DNA of 64,000 nt from Burkholderiales bacterium (GCA_026416295.1 JAOAFL010000080.1:341-64340), one strand, 5' to 3'. Counted from the first letter of the stretch, positions 34,216 through 45,588 are shown. Notes: generated by a model not told the origin, from the sequence alone. Numbers and translations are program-made.

Positions 34216-36444
34216 CTAGAACACCTGCTCGAACGGCAGGCGCGGCCGCGCGCTCGGCGGCACGAGCCACGGCTCGGCCGGGTTGGTGACCGCGTAGCCC
34301 GGCACCTGGCGTCGGAGGTAGGTGACCGTCTCGTCCGAGCCGATCTGGCCGAGGCCGTTCAGCTCGAGCTGGAAGAGGAGCGTGGTGTTGGTGATCTGCG
34401 TCGTCGCCTGCACGCGCGAGAACACCGCGCGAAACACCCAGCAGCCGCCGTTGTACTCGAGCCCGCCCAGGCCGTCCACGAGCCGCTTGTCGCGGAACGA
34501 GTAGTTCGCGCGGCCGATCGCGTACCAGCCCGGGTGCACCGGCCACTGCCCCGAGACGTCGATCTGCCGCAGGAGCGCGCGGTTGAAGCGGTAGGTGGCG
34601 TTCAGCACCTTGGCGATCTCGGGCGAGTAGCGCACGGACACCCCGTAGCGCTCGGCGCGCGCCTCGCGCGGCGAGTACTGGAGCGTCGCGTCGAAGAGCC
34701 AGTCGCGCAGCAGCCGGGCGCCGACCGAGGCGAGCAGATCCGAGGAATCGACGCTGCGCAGCGGCGCAGCCGCGGTGAGCCCGACGCGCTCGTTCTTGAA
34801 GTACCAGCGCTGCCCGAGCGTCGCGCGGGCGAGTTCCGTGCCGCGCGCATCGAGCAGGCGCGAGGTCGCCGCGAGCGTCACCTGGTTCGCGTCGCCGAAC
34901 CGGTCGCCGCCGACGAAACGGTTCTCGGCGAACAGGCTCGCGTAGTTGAGGTCGGCGAGCGCGGTGTCAAAGAGCGGCAGCTGGTCCTGCGCCCGGTAGG
35001 GCACGTACACGTAGAACAGCCGCGGCTCGAGCGTCTGCGTGAGCGCCTGGCCGGCGAAGCGCGCCTCGCGCTCGAAGACGAGCCCGCCGTCGACCGACAG
35101 CCACGGGACGCTGAGCGAGGGGCTGTCGGGCTGCCCCGGCGCGGCGCGCGACAGGCTGTAGCGCACGACGCGCAGGCCGAGCTTCGGCGTGAGGAAATAG
35201 CCGGGCGCGAGCAGCGGCAGCGCGACCGTCGGGTTCATTGCGAGGCGCGTTCCCTCCACGAGCGTGCGGTGCGCGAACCGCACGTATTCGCCCGGCAGCG
35301 CGAGGTCGAACAGCCCGCCGAGGTCGTTGCGCACCGCGTTCACCACGACCTGCGGCAGCCGGTCGTAGGGCTCGACGATCGGCGCGAGCGGGTCCTGCAG
35401 CGTCTGGAAGCGCTGCACGCGCACCTGCAGGCCGAGCGGCACCTCGCCGATCGCGGTCGCGTAGTTGAACAGGCCTTCGCGCTGGAGGTTCACGACCGAG
35501 ATGTTGCGCACCTGCGAGCGCAGGTCGGCGAAATAGCGAGGATCGGAGACCTTGTTGAGGTCCAGGCGCAGGTTCATGTTGTCGCGCAGCCGCTGCTCGT
35601 GCAAAAGCGACAGCCCGCTGCGCGGCCGCTGCAGCTCGCGGTCGTTGAAGAGATACTCGTGGCGCAGCTCGCCGGCGTACGTCCGGCCGAGGTAGCGGAA
35701 ATGGGACTTGAGCTGCTCGCCGCGCTTGCTCATGTAGACGGGCGAAAGCGTCAGGTCGTATTCCGGCGCGAGGTTCCAGTAGTACGAGACGCCGAGTTCC
35801 AGCCCCCGGCGCGTCGACTGCGCGTAGTAGGGGGCGAGAAAGCCGCTCTTTCGCCGCTTCTCCAGCGGAAACGTCGCGTACGGAAGCGCGAGCAGCGTGG
35901 TGCCGAGGAATTCGAGGCGCCCGCCGCGCACCCGCCCTTCCTCGGCCTCGTAATCGAGCTCGAGCTCGTTCGCCTCGATGCGCCAGTCCTCGCGTCCGGG
36001 TTCGCAGCTCGTGTAGGAACCGCGCGCGAGGCGCAGCCGGTCGCGGCCGAGGAATTCCAGCCGCTCGGCGCGGCCGCGCACCGTCTGCTCGCGATTGAGC
36101 ACGAACCCCGGTTCCTCGAACTCGCCGGTGTCGGTCTGCGTGTCGTAGCGCAGCCGCGGCCCGAAGAAGCGGTCGGCGCCGCGTTCGAGGCGCACGCCGC
36201 CCTCGGCTTCGATCCTGCCGAGCTCGCGCTGGTAGCGCAGCCGCTCGCCGAACACGGTGACGTCGTCGCGGCGCACCTCGGCCGCGCCGCGCGCGCTCAG
36301 CTCGACGTCGGCGACGCCCTCGATCTGCTCGGCCTCGATCGTGGTCGGCCCCGGCGCGCGCGGCGCGAGCGCCTGTGCGGCGGCTGCGCGCGCCCCGAGC
36401 GCAAGGACGAGCAACGCGGCGAGCCGAGCCGCACGAGACCGCAT
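34216..36444 (-). CDS. lptD: LPS-assembly outer-membrane protein LptD
   Basis: ORF 34216..36507 trimmed to 'MRSRAARLAALLVLALGARAAAAQA'. OstA-like N-terminal domain and large beta-barrel. Conserved lptD-surA order. Confidence 0.92.
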   Translation of the reverse strand: MRSRAARLAALLVLALGARAAAAQALAPRAPGPTTIEAEQIEGVADVELSARGAAEVRRDDVTVFGERLRYQRELGRIEAEGGVRLERGADRFFGPRLRYDTQTDTGEFEEPGFVLNREQTVRGRAERLEFLGRDRLRLARGSYTSCEPGREDWRIEANELELDYEAEEGRVRGGRLEFLGTTLLALPYATFPLEKRRKSGFLAPYYAQSTRRGLELGVSYYWNLAPEYDLTLSPVYMSKRGEQLKSHFRYLGRTYAGELRHEYLFNDRELQRPRSGLSLLHEQRLRDNMNLRLDLNKVSDPRYFADLRSQVRNISVVNLQREGLFNYATAIGEVPLGLQVRVQRFQTLQDPLAPIVEPYDRLPQVVVNAVRNDLGGLFDLALPGEYVRFAHRTLVEGTRLAMNPTVALPLLAPGYFLTPKLGLRVVRYSLSRAAPGQPDSPSLSVPWLSVDGGLVFEREARFAGQALTQTLEPRLFYVYVPYRAQDQLPLFDTALADLNYASLFAENRFVGGDRFGDANQVTLAATSRLLDARGTELARATLGQRWYFKNERVGLTAAAPLRSVDSSDLLASVGARLLRDWLFDATLQYSPREARAERYGVSVRYSPEIAKVLNATYRFNRALLRQIDVSGQWPVHPGWYAIGRANYSFRDKRLVDGLGGLEYNGGCWVFRAVFSRVQATTQITNTTLLFQLELNGLGQIGSDETVTYLRRQVPGYAVTNPAEPWLVPPSARPRLPFEQVF

Positions 36445-36506
36445 GGCGCCGATCGAACCGGGAGAAAAGCCGAGGCGAAAAGTGGCACAATTCGGCGCGT
36501 TCCGCA

Positions 36507-37478
36507 ATGGATTCGAGGCTCGCCGCGCTGGAGCGCTGGCTTGCGGCGCGGTATCGCGGCGCGCCGTTCTCGCTCGCGCCCGCCTCCGCCGACGCGAGCT
36601 TCCGACGCTATTTTCGCGTGCGCCTCGCCGACGGCACGAGCGCGATCGCGATGGACGCGCCGCCCGAGCGCGAGGACTGCGCGCCGTTCGTGCGCGTCGC
36701 GCGGCTGCTGCGCGAGGCGGGCCTGAACGCTCCCGAGGTGCTCGCCGCGGACCTCGCGCGAGGGTTCCTGCTGCTCACCGATCTCGGCGCGCTCACGTAT
36801 CTTGCCGCGTTCGCGCAGCGCGACCCGGACCCCCTCATGCGCGATGCGATCGCGGCGCTCGTGCGCTGGCAGCGCGCAACCCGCCCCGGCACGCTCGCGA
36901 CCTGCGACGAGGCGCTCCTTCGCCGCGAAATGGCGCTCTTTCCCGAATGGTATTGCGCGCGTCACCGCGGCCGCCCGCTCACCGCGGCGCAGGAAGCGGC
37001 GTTCGAGGAGGTCGTGCGGCTGCTCGTCGCCTCCGCGCTCGCGCAGCCGCGCGTCTACGTGCACCGCGACTACATGCCGCGAAACCTCATGGTCGCCGAT
37101 CCGAACCCCGGCGTGCTCGACTTTCAGGACGCGGTCGAGGGGCCGATCACCTACGACCTCGTCTCGCTCGTGCGCGACGCGTTCGTGAGCTGGGAGGAGG
37201 AACGGGTGCTCGACTGGGCGGTGCGCTACTGGGAGCGCGCGCGCGCCGCCGGCCTTCCGGTCGAGCGCGATTTCGGCGAGTTCTGGCGCGCCTTCGAGTG
37301 GATGGGGCTGCAGCGGCACCTGAAGGTGCTCGGCATTTTCGCGCGCCTGTACTACCGCGACGGCAAGCCGGGCTACCTCGAGGACACGCCGCGGTTTCTC
37401 GCCTATGCGCGCGCGGTCGCGCGCCGCTACGCGGCGCTTTCGCCGCTTGCGCGCTTGATCGACGAGATCGAGCGATGA
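36507..37478 (+). CDS. amgK: aminoglycoside-phosphotransferase-fold kinase, probable N-acetylmuramate/GlcNAc kinase AmgK
   Basis: ORF 36375..37478 trimmed to 'MDSRLAALERWL'. 'ASFRRYFRV', 'VHRDYMPRNLMV', 'LDFQDA'. Divergent from lptD and followed by murU, as in Pseudomonas (amgK-murU next to lptD). Confidence 0.8.
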   Translation: MDSRLAALERWLAARYRGAPFSLAPASADASFRRYFRVRLADGTSAIAMDAPPEREDCAPFVRVARLLREAGLNAPEVLAADLARGFLLLTDLGALTYLAAFAQRDPDPLMRDAIAALVRWQRATRPGTLATCDEALLRREMALFPEWYCARHRGRPLTAAQEAAFEEVVRLLVASALAQPRVYVHRDYMPRNLMVADPNPGVLDFQDAVEGPITYDLVSLVRDAFVSWEEERVLDWAVRYWERARAAGLPVERDFGEFWRAFEWMGLQRHLKVLGIFARLYYRDGKPGYLEDTPRFLAYARAVARRYAALSPLARLIDEIER

Positions 37479-38152
37479 AGGCGATGGTGCTTGCGGCCGG
37501 CCGCGGCGAGCGCCTTCGGCCGCTCACCGACCGCGTGCCGAAGCCGATGCTGGAAGCGGGCGGAAAGCCGCTTCTCGCCTGGCACCTCGAGCGGCTCGCC
37601 GCCGCCGGCTTTCGCGAAGTGGTCGTCAACGTCGCGCACCTCGCCGAGCGCATCGTCGAGCGTTTCGGCTCGGGCGGGGGCTACGGCGTCGCGATCGCCT
37701 GGTCGCGCGAGCCCGAGCCGCTCGAGACCGCGGGCGCGATCGCGTTCGCGCGCGCGCTGCTCGGCGAGGCGCCTTTCGCGCTCGTCAACGCCGACGTCTA
37801 CGCCGAGTACGACTACGCGCGGCTTCGCCGCGTCGCGCTCGGCGAAGATCTCGCGCACCTCGTGCTCGTCGCCAACCCCCCGCACCATCCGCAGGGCGAC
37901 TTCTCGCTCGCCGCGGGCCGGCTCGGGCTCGCCGCCGCGCCGCGCTACACTTACGCCGGCATCGCCGTGCTCGCGCCGCGCCTGGTCGACGGCATCGCCG
38001 CCGGCGCGCGCGCGCCGCTTGCGCCGCTGCTTCGCGCGGCCGCGGCGCGCGGCGCGGCGAGCGGCGAGATCCACGAAGGATTCTGGTGCGACGCGGGAAC
38101 GCCCGAGCGCCTGGCCGCGCTCGACGCCCGTCTGCGAGAAAGGAGCGCATGA
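37475..38152 (+). CDS. murU: nucleotidyltransferase, probable N-acetylmuramate-1-phosphate uridylyltransferase MurU
   Basis: Tail of ORF 36257..38152 from 'MKAMVLAAGRGERLRPLTDRVPKPML'. ATGA overlap with amgK. Confidence 0.8.
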   Translation: MKAMVLAAGRGERLRPLTDRVPKPMLEAGGKPLLAWHLERLAAAGFREVVVNVAHLAERIVERFGSGGGYGVAIAWSREPEPLETAGAIAFARALLGEAPFALVNADVYAEYDYARLRRVALGEDLAHLVLVANPPHHPQGDFSLAAGRLGLAAAPRYTYAGIAVLAPRLVDGIAAGARAPLAPLLRAAAARGAASGEIHEGFWCDAGTPERLAALDARLRERSA

Positions 38153-39468
38153 TCGCGCAGGACTTTCCGGTTGCGGTGTACGGTGCGCGCCGCGCGCGGC
38201 TCGCCGCCGCGATCGGCGACGGCGTCGCGGTGATCCCGACCGCGCCCGAGCGCATGCGCAACCGCGACACGCACTATCCGTACCGGCACGACAGCCACTT
38301 CTATTACCTCACCGGATTTCCGGAGCCGCAGGCCGCGCTCGTCGTCGTCGGCGGCGAACAGCCGAGGAGCCTGCTCTTTTGCCGGCCGCGCGACGAGGAG
38401 CGCGAGCTTTGGGACGGGGCGCGCTACGGGCCCGAGCGTGCGCGCGAGCGCTTCGGCGTGGACGAGGCGCACCCGATCGCGGCGCTCGACGAAAAGATGC
38501 CCGAGCTGCTCGCCGACCGGCCGGCGCTCCATACGCCGCTCGGCGCGGACCCCGACTGGGACGCGCGCGTGATGCGCTGGCTGAACACGGTGCGCGCGCG
38601 CGTGCGCGCGGGCGTCTGCGCCCCCGAGCGGGTGCACGACGTGCGCGCGTTCCTCGACGAGATGCGGCTGGTGAAGGACGCGCATGAGCTCGCGCTCATG
38701 CGCCGCGCCGCCGAGATCAGCGCCGGCGCGCACCGGCGCGCGATGGCCTTCGTGCGACCCGGCCGCTGGGAATACGAGGTGGAGGCCGAGCTGCTGCACG
38801 AGTTCCGCCGCCACGGGGCGCGCTCGCCCGCCTATTCGCCGATCGTCGCCGGCGGCGCGAACGCCTGCGTGCTGCACTACGTCGCGAACGACGCGCCGCT
38901 GCGCGAGGGCACGCTGCTGCTCGTCGACGCCGGCTGCGAGTTCGAGGGCTACGCCGCCGACATCACGCGCACTTTCCCCGTCGGGCGCGCCTTCAGCGCC
39001 GAGCAGCGCGCGATCTACGAACTCGTGCTCGCCGCGCAGGCGGCCGCGCTCGCCCGGGTGCGCGCGGGCGCGTCCTGGATCGAGCCGCACGAGGCGGCGG
39101 TGCGCGTGCTCGCGCAAGGGTTGCTCGACCTCGGGCTCCTTTCCGGCAGCCTCGAGGAGGTGCTGGAAAAGGAGACCTACAAGCGGTTCTACATGCACCG
39201 CACCGGCCACTGGCTCGGCATGGACGTGCACGACGCCGGCGACTACGGCCGCGCCGGTCGCTGGCGCACGCTCGAAGCCGGCATGGTGCACACGGTGGAG
39301 CCGGGCCTGTACCTTCGCGCCTCGCCCGAGCTGCCCAGCCGCTGGCACGGCATCGGCGTGCGGATCGAGGACGATGTCGTCGTCACCGCCGACGGCTGCG
39401 AGGTGCTCACGGCGGCGGCGCCGAAGTCGATCGCCGACATCGAGGCGATCCGCCGTGACGCGTACTGA
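38149..39468 (+). CDS. pepP: Xaa-Pro aminopeptidase
   Basis: ORF 38086..39468 trimmed to 'MIAQDF' (AAAGGAG SD; ATG overlaps the murU stop). 'YPYRHDSHFYYLTGF', 'DAGCEFEGYAADITRTFPV', 'HWLGMDVHD', 'EPGLY'. Confidence 0.92.
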   Translation: MIAQDFPVAVYGARRARLAAAIGDGVAVIPTAPERMRNRDTHYPYRHDSHFYYLTGFPEPQAALVVVGGEQPRSLLFCRPRDEERELWDGARYGPERARERFGVDEAHPIAALDEKMPELLADRPALHTPLGADPDWDARVMRWLNTVRARVRAGVCAPERVHDVRAFLDEMRLVKDAHELALMRRAAEISAGAHRRAMAFVRPGRWEYEVEAELLHEFRRHGARSPAYSPIVAGGANACVLHYVANDAPLREGTLLLVDAGCEFEGYAADITRTFPVGRAFSAEQRAIYELVLAAQAAALARVRAGASWIEPHEAAVRVLAQGLLDLGLLSGSLEEVLEKETYKRFYMHRTGHWLGMDVHDAGDYGRAGRWRTLEAGMVHTVEPGLYLRASPELPSRWHGIGVRIEDDVVVTADGCEVLTAAAPKSIADIEAIRRDAY

Positions 39469-40516
39469 GATCGCCGTCCGCGGCGCAGGTCCCGTCGGCT
39501 GCGCCTTCGCGCTCGCGGTCGCGCGCGCCGGCCGCGCGGTGCTGCTCTGCGCACCGGCGGCGCCGCGACCGCCGGCGCCGTGGCGGCCGATCGCGCTCTC
39601 CTACGCGAGCCGCCTGATCCTCGAGCGCCTGGACGCCTGGGCGCCGCTTCGCGCGACCCCGATCCGCACCGTGCACGTGTCGCAGGCGCGCGGCTTCGGC
39701 CGCACGCGTCTTGAGGCGGCCGACGCCGGCGTGCCGGCGCTCGGCTACGTCGTCGACTACGCGGCGCTTTCGGCCGCGCTCGAAAACCTCGCGCGCGCGC
39801 GCGGCATCCCGATCGTGTCCGAGGCACCGCGCGCGGCGCTCGTCGTGCACGCCGAAGGGTTCGCCGCCGACGCCGAGGAGAAAGCCTACGGACAGGAAGC
39901 GGTGCTTGCGCGCCTCGCCTGCCGGCCGGCGGCCGCGCACACCGCGTTCGAGCGGTTCACGTCCGAGGGACCGCTCGCGCTGCTGCCCGCCGACGGCTCC
40001 TACGCCCTCGTCTGGGCGATGCGGCCGGCGCGCGCCGAGGCGCTCGCCGGCGCCGCGCCGCAGGCATTCCTCGCCGCGCTGCAAACGGCGGTCGGCGCCC
40101 GCGCCGGACGCTTCGTCGACGTTTCCGAGTGCAGCCGCGTGCCGCTCGCGCTTCGCGTGCGCGCCTCGCGCATCGGCGTGCGCGAAGCGTTCATCGGCAA
40201 CAGCGCGCAGACGCTGCACCCGGTCGCCGGCCAGGGGCTGAACCTCGGGCTGCGCGACGCATGGACGCTCGCGCGCCTTGTCGCCGAGGCCGACGACCCG
40301 GGCGATGCGCGGCTCCTTGCGCGCTTTGCTGCCGCGCGCGCGTTCGATGCGCGCGCGACGATCGGCGCGACCGATTTTCTCGCCGGCGCGTTTCTCGCCG
40401 ACGATGCGGCGAGCCGCGCCGCGCGCGGCGCGGCGCTCGTCGCGCTCGATGCGTGCGCGCCGGCGCGGCGGTTCTTTGCGCGCCGCATGATCTTCGGCGC
40501 CTACGCCCTGCCCTGA
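39455..40516 (+). CDS. ubiH: UbiH-family FAD-dependent monooxygenase
   Basis: Tail of ORF 38684..40516 from GTG 39455. 'IAVRGAGPVGCAFALAVARAG' and 'GNSAQTLHPVAGQGLNLGLRDA'. pepP-ubiH adjacency as in E. coli. The symbol rests on synteny. Confidence 0.75.
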   Translation: MTRTEIAVRGAGPVGCAFALAVARAGRAVLLCAPAAPRPPAPWRPIALSYASRLILERLDAWAPLRATPIRTVHVSQARGFGRTRLEAADAGVPALGYVVDYAALSAALENLARARGIPIVSEAPRAALVVHAEGFAADAEEKAYGQEAVLARLACRPAAAHTAFERFTSEGPLALLPADGSYALVWAMRPARAEALAGAAPQAFLAALQTAVGARAGRFVDVSECSRVPLALRVRASRIGVREAFIGNSAQTLHPVAGQGLNLGLRDAWTLARLVAEADDPGDARLLARFAAARAFDARATIGATDFLAGAFLADDAASRAARGAALVALDACAPARRFFARRMIFGAYALP

Positions 40517-40554
40517 TTTTCGCGCGCGCGCGGCGATGCCCTCGCGCGCGAAAA
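40517..40554. repeat. perfect 12-bp inverted repeat (TTTTCGCGCGCG-N14-CGCGCGCGAAAA)
   Basis: Arms at 40517-40528 and 40543-40554, between ubiH and dusB. A TAGAAT -10-like box follows at 40558-40563. Confidence 0.6.
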
Positions 40555-40607
40555 GGCATAGAATGGCGCTTCTTCGCGCACGCGATTTTTCCGCGCACCC
40601 AGGTTCG

Positions 40608-41606
40608 ATGCAGCTCGGCGTTCACGCTCTGGCGGGCCGTCTGTTCGCCGCGCCGATGGCCGGCGTGTCCGATCTGCCGTTCCGGCGGATCGCGCGCCGC
40701 TACGGCGCGGCGCTCGCCACCACCGAAATGGTGTCGGCGCGGCCCGAGCTGCGCGCGACGCGCAAGTCGCGCCTGCGCCGCGCGCACGAAGGCGAACCGC
40801 GCCCGGTGTCGGTGCAGATCGTGGGCGCCGATCCGGCGACGATGGCCGACGCCGCGCGCATGAACGTCGACGAGGGCGCCGATCTCATCGACATCAACAT
40901 GGGCTGCCCGGCGAAGAAGGTCTGCAACGTCGCCGCCGGCTCGGCGCTGCTTGCCGACGAGCCGCTCGTCGCCCGCATCCTCGCCGCGGTGGTCGCGGCG
41001 GTCCCGGTGCCGGTGACGCTGAAGATCCGCACCGGCCCCTCGCCCGAGCGGCGCAACGCGGTGCGCATCGCGCGCATCGCCGAGGAGGCCGGCGTGCGGA
41101 TGCTCGTCGTGCACGGCCGCACGCGCGCCTGCGGCTTTCGCGGCGCCGCCGAATACGACACGATCGCCGCGGTGAAAGGCGCGGTGCGCATCCCGGTGAT
41201 CGCGAACGGCGACATCGACAGCGCGGACAAAGCGCGCGCCGTGCTCGCGCACACCGGCGCCGACGGTCTCATGATCGGCCGCGCCGCCTGCGGCCGGCCG
41301 TGGATCTTTCGCGAGATCGCGCAGGCGCTCGACGCCGGCGAGGCGCCGGCGCCGCCGACGCTTGCGGAGATGCGCGCGGTGGTGTGCGAGCACCTCGAAG
41401 GGCTTTACGCGCTCTACGGCGAGGCGGCCGGGGTGCGCATCGCGCGCAAGCACATCGGCTGGTACGTGCGCGAGCTGCCGGGGGGCGAGGCGCTGCGACG
41501 GCTCGCCTGCGCGAGCGAGTCGGCGCGCGCGCAGCTCGCCGCGGTGCGGCGCTACTTCGACGCGCTGGAACAAGGGGAGGATCGGGCATGGAGGCAGGCC
41601 GCATGA
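40608..41606 (+). CDS. dusB: tRNA-dihydrouridine synthase B
   Basis: ORF 40536..41606 trimmed to '[26 protein letters not shown]'. '[11 protein letters not shown]', 'LKIRTG', 'VHGRTR'. Conserved dusB-fis pair. Confidence 0.9.
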   Translation: MQLGVHALAGRLFAAPMAGVSDLPFRRIARRYGAALATTEMVSARPELRATRKSRLRRAHEGEPRPVSVQIVGADPATMADAARMNVDEGADLIDINMGCPAKKVCNVAAGSALLADEPLVARILAAVVAAVPVPVTLKIRTGPSPERRNAVRIARIAEEAGVRMLVVHGRTRACGFRGAAEYDTIAAVKGAVRIPVIANGDIDSADKARAVLAHTGADGLMIGRAACGRPWIFREIAQALDAGEAPAPPTLAEMRAVVCEHLEGLYALYGEAAGVRIARKHIGWYVRELPGGEALRRLACASESARAQLAAVRRYFDALEQGEDRAWRQAA

Positions 41607-41842
41607 ACCGCAGCACCGAACTGGCCGAGGCGGTGCGGCGTTCGGTCGAGCGCTACTTCAAGGACATGGACGGCGAAAAGCCGACCGCGATCTACGACAT
41701 GGTGCTGCGCAACGTCGAGAAACCGCTGATCGAGACGGTGCTGCTCAAGACCGCCGGCAACCGCTCGCAGGCGGCGGCGATGCTCGGCATCGACCGCAAC
41801 ACGCTGCGCAAGAAGATCCAGCGGCTGCGGATCAAGGCGTGA
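41603..41842 (+). CDS. fis: Fis-family DNA-binding protein
   Basis: 79 aa from '[11 protein letters not shown]'. C-terminal HTH '[21 protein letters not shown]'. ATGA overlap with dusB. Confidence 0.9.
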   Translation: MNRSTELAEAVRRSVERYFKDMDGEKPTAIYDMVLRNVEKPLIETVLLKTAGNRSQAAAMLGIDRNTLRKKIQRLRIKA

Positions 41843-43395
41843 GAATCGCGCGCGCGCTCATCAGCGTCTCGGACAAGGCGGGCATCGCGACGTTCGCGCG
41901 CGCGCTCGCCGAGCTCGGCATCGAAATCCTTTCGACCGGCGGCACCGCGCGGCTGCTCGAAAAGGAGGGCGTGCCGGCGACCGAGGTGTCGGCCTGGACC
42001 GGTTTTCCGGAAATGCTGGAGGGCCGGGTGAAGACCCTGCACCCGAGGATCCACGCGGGGCTCCTTGCGCGGCGCGATTCGCGCGAGCACATGGCGGAAC
42101 TCGCGCGCGCAGGCATCGCGCCGATCGATCTCCTGGTGGTGAACCTCTATCCGTTCGAAGCGACCGTCGCCGACCCCGACTGCAGCCTCGCGCAGGCGAT
42201 CGAGAACATCGACGTCGGCGGCCCGGCGATGCTGCGCGCGGCGGCGAAGAACCACGCCGGGGTGGCGGTCGTGACCGACCCGGCCGACTACGACGCGGTG
42301 CTCGCCGAGATCCGCGCGACCGGCGGCGTGTCGGAAAGGACTCGGCGCGCGCTCGCGACGAAGGCGTTCGCGCACACCGCCGCCTACGACGGCGCGATCG
42401 CGAACTTCCTTTCCTCGCTCGACGAGGAAGGCCGGCGCCGCGCGTTTCCCGACGTGCTGACGCTGCAGTTCTTCAAGCGCCAGGAGCTGCGCTACGGCGA
42501 GAACCCCCATCAGGCGGCGGCGCTGTACCGCGACGCGCGCCCGGTCGCGGGCGCGATCGCCGGCTTTACGCTCCTTCAGGGCAAGGCGCTTTCCTACAAC
42601 AACCTCGCCGACGCGGACGCCGCGTGGGAATGCGCAAAAAGCTTCGCCGCGCCGGCGTGCGTGATCGTCAAGCACGCCAATCCCTGCGGCGCGGCGACCG
42701 GAGAGTCGCTCGCGGTCGCCTACCGCAAGGCGTTCGCGACCGACCCGGTGTCGGCCTTCGGCGGCATCCTCGCCTTCAACCGCGCGCTCGACCGCGCGAC
42801 CGCCGAGGAGGTCGGCCGTCAGTTCGCCGAGGTGATCGTCGCGCCGCGCGTCGAGCCGGCGGCGCGCGAGGCGCTCGCCGCGCGTCAGAACGTGCGCGTG
42901 CTCGAGGTGCCGCTCGCGCACGAGGCGCAGGCGCACGACTACAAGCGCATCGGCGGCGGTCTGCTCGTGCAGACGACCGATGCGCGCACCGCGGCGCGCG
43001 CCGAGATGAAGGTGGTGACCCGGCGCGCGCCGACCGAAGCGCAGTGGGACGATCTGCTTTTCGCGTGGACCGTGGCGAAGTTCGTGAAGTCGAACGCGAT
43101 CGTCTTTTGCCGCGACGGCGCGACGCTCGGCATCGGCGCAGGCCAGATGAGCCGCGTCGACAGCGTGCGCATCGCCGCGCTCAAGGCCGCCGGCGCGAAG
43201 CTCGCGCTCGCCGGATCGGTCGTCGCCTCCGACGCCTTCTTTCCCTTCCGCGACGGGCTGGAGGCGGTCGCCGACGCGGGCGCCGCGGCGGTCATCCAGC
43301 CGGGCGGCAGCGTGCGCGACGCCGAGGTGATCGCCGCGGCCGACGAACGCGGTCTGGCGATGGTGTTCACCGGCGTGCGCCACTTCCGGCACTGA
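41839..43395 (+). CDS. purH: bifunctional AICAR transformylase/IMP cyclohydrolase
   Basis: Tail of ORF 41362..43395 from GTG 41839. '[11 protein letters not shown]', 'STGGTA', 'GRVKTLHP', 'NLYPF', ends 'FTGVRHFRH'. Confidence 0.95.
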   Translation: MRIARALISVSDKAGIATFARALAELGIEILSTGGTARLLEKEGVPATEVSAWTGFPEMLEGRVKTLHPRIHAGLLARRDSREHMAELARAGIAPIDLLVVNLYPFEATVADPDCSLAQAIENIDVGGPAMLRAAAKNHAGVAVVTDPADYDAVLAEIRATGGVSERTRRALATKAFAHTAAYDGAIANFLSSLDEEGRRRAFPDVLTLQFFKRQELRYGENPHQAAALYRDARPVAGAIAGFTLLQGKALSYNNLADADAAWECAKSFAAPACVIVKHANPCGAATGESLAVAYRKAFATDPVSAFGGILAFNRALDRATAEEVGRQFAEVIVAPRVEPAAREALAARQNVRVLEVPLAHEAQAHDYKRIGGGLLVQTTDARTAARAEMKVVTRRAPTEAQWDDLLFAWTVAKFVKSNAIVFCRDGATLGIGAGQMSRVDSVRIAALKAAGAKLALAGSVVASDAFFPFRDGLEAVADAGAAAVIQPGGSVRDAEVIAAADERGLAMVFTGVRHFRH

Positions 43396-43399
43396 CGGC

Positions 43400-44683
43400 A
43401 TGAAGCTGCTCGTCATCGGCTCGGGCGGGCGCGAGCACGCGCTCGCCTGGAAGCTCGCGCAGAGCCCGCGCGTTCAGAAAGTGTTCGTCGCGCCGGGCAA
43501 CGGCGGCACCGCGCGCGAACCGGGGCTCGAGAACGTCGCGCTCGAGGACATCGCCGACCTCGTCGCGTTCGCGCGCCGCGAGCGCGTCGCGCTCACCGTG
43601 GTCGGGCCGGAGGCGCCGCTCGCTGCCGGCGTCGCGGACGCGTTCCAGGCCGCGGGCCTGCGGATCTTCGGCCCGCGGCGCGCGGCGGCGCAGCTCGAGG
43701 CCTCGAAGGAATTCGCCAAGCGCTTCATGGCGCGTCACGGCATTCCGACCGCGCGCTACGCCGCGTTCGACGAGCCGCGCGCGGCGCACGCCTACGTCGA
43801 GCGCCACGGCGCCCCGATCGTCGTCAAGGCCGACGGCCTGGCCGCCGGCAAGGGCGTGGTGGTGGCGCAGACCGCGGCGCAGGCGCACGCGGCGATCGAG
43901 GCGATGATGGAGCGCGCCGCGCTCGGCGAGGCAGGCCGCCGCGTCGTCCTCGAGGAGTACCTCGAGGGCGAGGAAGCGAGCTTCATCGTCGTCACCGACG
44001 GCGCGGTCGCGCTGCCGCTCGCGACGAGCCAGGACCACAAGCGGCTCGGCGACGGCGATACCGGTCCGAACACCGGCGGCATGGGGGCGTATTCGCCCGC
44101 GCCGATGGTGACGCCGCAGCTGCATGCGCGCGTGATGCGCGAGATCGTCGCGCCGACGATCGCCGGCATGGCGGCCGACGGCACCCCCTACGTCGGCTTT
44201 CTCTACGCCGGCCTCATGATCGACCGCGCCGGCAATCCGAAGACGCTCGAATTCAACTGCCGGCTGGGCGATCCGGAAACGCAGCCGATCCTCATGCGGC
44301 TGCGCTCGGACCTGCTCGAGCTGATCGAGCGCGCGCTCGAGGGCAGACTCGAGGCCGCGCGGCTCGAGTGGGACCGGCGCGCCGCGCTCGGCGTGGTGCT
44401 CGCCGCCGCCGGCTACCCGGGCGCGCCGCGCAAGGGCGACCCGATCGAGGGGCTACCGCCGCAGGCGGAGGATTGCCGGGTGTTTCACGCCGGCACCGCG
44501 CTCGTCGACGGGCGGCTCCTCACCGCGGGCGGGCGCGTGCTGTGCGTCACCGCGCTCGGCGATTCGCTGCGCATCGCGCGCGCGCGCGCCTACGAGACGG
44601 TCGAGCGCATCCGCTTTGCCGGCATGCAGTACCGGCGCGACATCGGCCAGCGCGCGCTTCGCGAGCCGCCCGCGGCGCAATGA
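43400..44683 (+). CDS. purD: phosphoribosylamine--glycine ligase
   Basis: 427-aa ORF. '[19 protein letters not shown]', '[13 protein letters not shown]', '[19 protein letters not shown]'. Confidence 0.95.
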   Translation: MKLLVIGSGGREHALAWKLAQSPRVQKVFVAPGNGGTAREPGLENVALEDIADLVAFARRERVALTVVGPEAPLAAGVADAFQAAGLRIFGPRRAAAQLEASKEFAKRFMARHGIPTARYAAFDEPRAAHAYVERHGAPIVVKADGLAAGKGVVVAQTAAQAHAAIEAMMERAALGEAGRRVVLEEYLEGEEASFIVVTDGAVALPLATSQDHKRLGDGDTGPNTGGMGAYSPAPMVTPQLHARVMREIVAPTIAGMAADGTPYVGFLYAGLMIDRAGNPKTLEFNCRLGDPETQPILMRLRSDLLELIERALEGRLEAARLEWDRRAALGVVLAAAGYPGAPRKGDPIEGLPPQAEDCRVFHAGTALVDGRLLTAGGRVLCVTALGDSLRIARARAYETVERIRFAGMQYRRDIGQRALREPPAAQ

Positions 44684-45588
44684 CGACGGCGCTCGATTTT
44701 TCCGCGGTCCGCGAGCACTTCGCCGCGTTCGCCGAGCGCCTTGCGCGCGCGCTCGAGGCGCTCGACGGCGCTCGCTTTCGCGCCGACGCGTGGCAGCGCG
44801 CCGAAGGCGGCGGCGGCCTGACGCGCGTGCTGGAAGGCGGGACGCTTTTCGAGCGCGCCGGGGTCGCGTTCTCGCACGTCTTCGGCGCGTCGCTGCCGCC
44901 CTCGGCGAGCGCTGCGCGGCCGCAGCTCGCCGGCCGCGCGTTCGAGGCGGCCGGCGTCTCGGTGGTGCTGCATCCGCGCAACCCCTACTGCCCGACCGCG
45001 CACATGAACGTGCGGCTTTTCGTCGCGACGAAACCCGACGAGCCGCCGCTCTGGTGGTTCGGCGGCGGCATGGACCTCACGCCGTACTACGGATTCGAGG
45101 AGGACGCGCGGCACTTTCACGCGACCTGCCGGCGCGCGCTCGAGCCGTTCGGCGCAGATCTCTATCCCCGCTTCAAGCGCTGGTGCGACGAGTACTTCTT
45201 CCTCAAGCATCGGGGCGAGGCGCGCGGCGTGGGCGGCATCTTCTTCGACGACCTCGCCGAGCCGGATTTTGCGACCGCGTTCGCGCTCGTTCGCTCGGTC
45301 GCCGACCATTTCCTCGCCGCCTACGCCCCGATCGTCGAGCGCCGGCGCGCGATGCCCTTCGGCGAGCGCGAGCGCGCGTTCCAGCTCCTTCGCCGCGGCC
45401 GCTACGTCGAGTTCAACCTGGTGCAGGACCGCGGCACCCTGTTCGGCCTGCAATCGGGCGGGCGCACGGAGTCGATCCTGATGTCGATGCCGCCGGTCGC
45501 CGCCTGGCGCTACGACTGGACGCCGGAGCCCGGCTCGCCCGAGGACCGGCTCGCAAAAGAGTTCCTGCGCCCGCGCGACTGGCTGTAG
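44680..45588 (+). CDS. hemF: oxygen-dependent coproporphyrinogen-III oxidase
   Basis: Tail of ORF 44368..45588 from 'MTTALDF' (ATGA overlap with purD). '[15 protein letters not shown]', '[13 protein letters not shown]', '[14 protein letters not shown]', '[16 protein letters not shown]'. Confidence 0.95.
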   Translation: MTTALDFSAVREHFAAFAERLARALEALDGARFRADAWQRAEGGGGLTRVLEGGTLFERAGVAFSHVFGASLPPSASAARPQLAGRAFEAAGVSVVLHPRNPYCPTAHMNVRLFVATKPDEPPLWWFGGGMDLTPYYGFEEDARHFHATCRRALEPFGADLYPRFKRWCDEYFFLKHRGEARGVGGIFFDDLAEPDFATAFALVRSVADHFLAAYAPIVERRRAMPFGERERAFQLLRRGRYVEFNLVQDRGTLFGLQSGGRTESILMSMPPVAAWRYDWTPEPGSPEDRLAKEFLRPRDWL

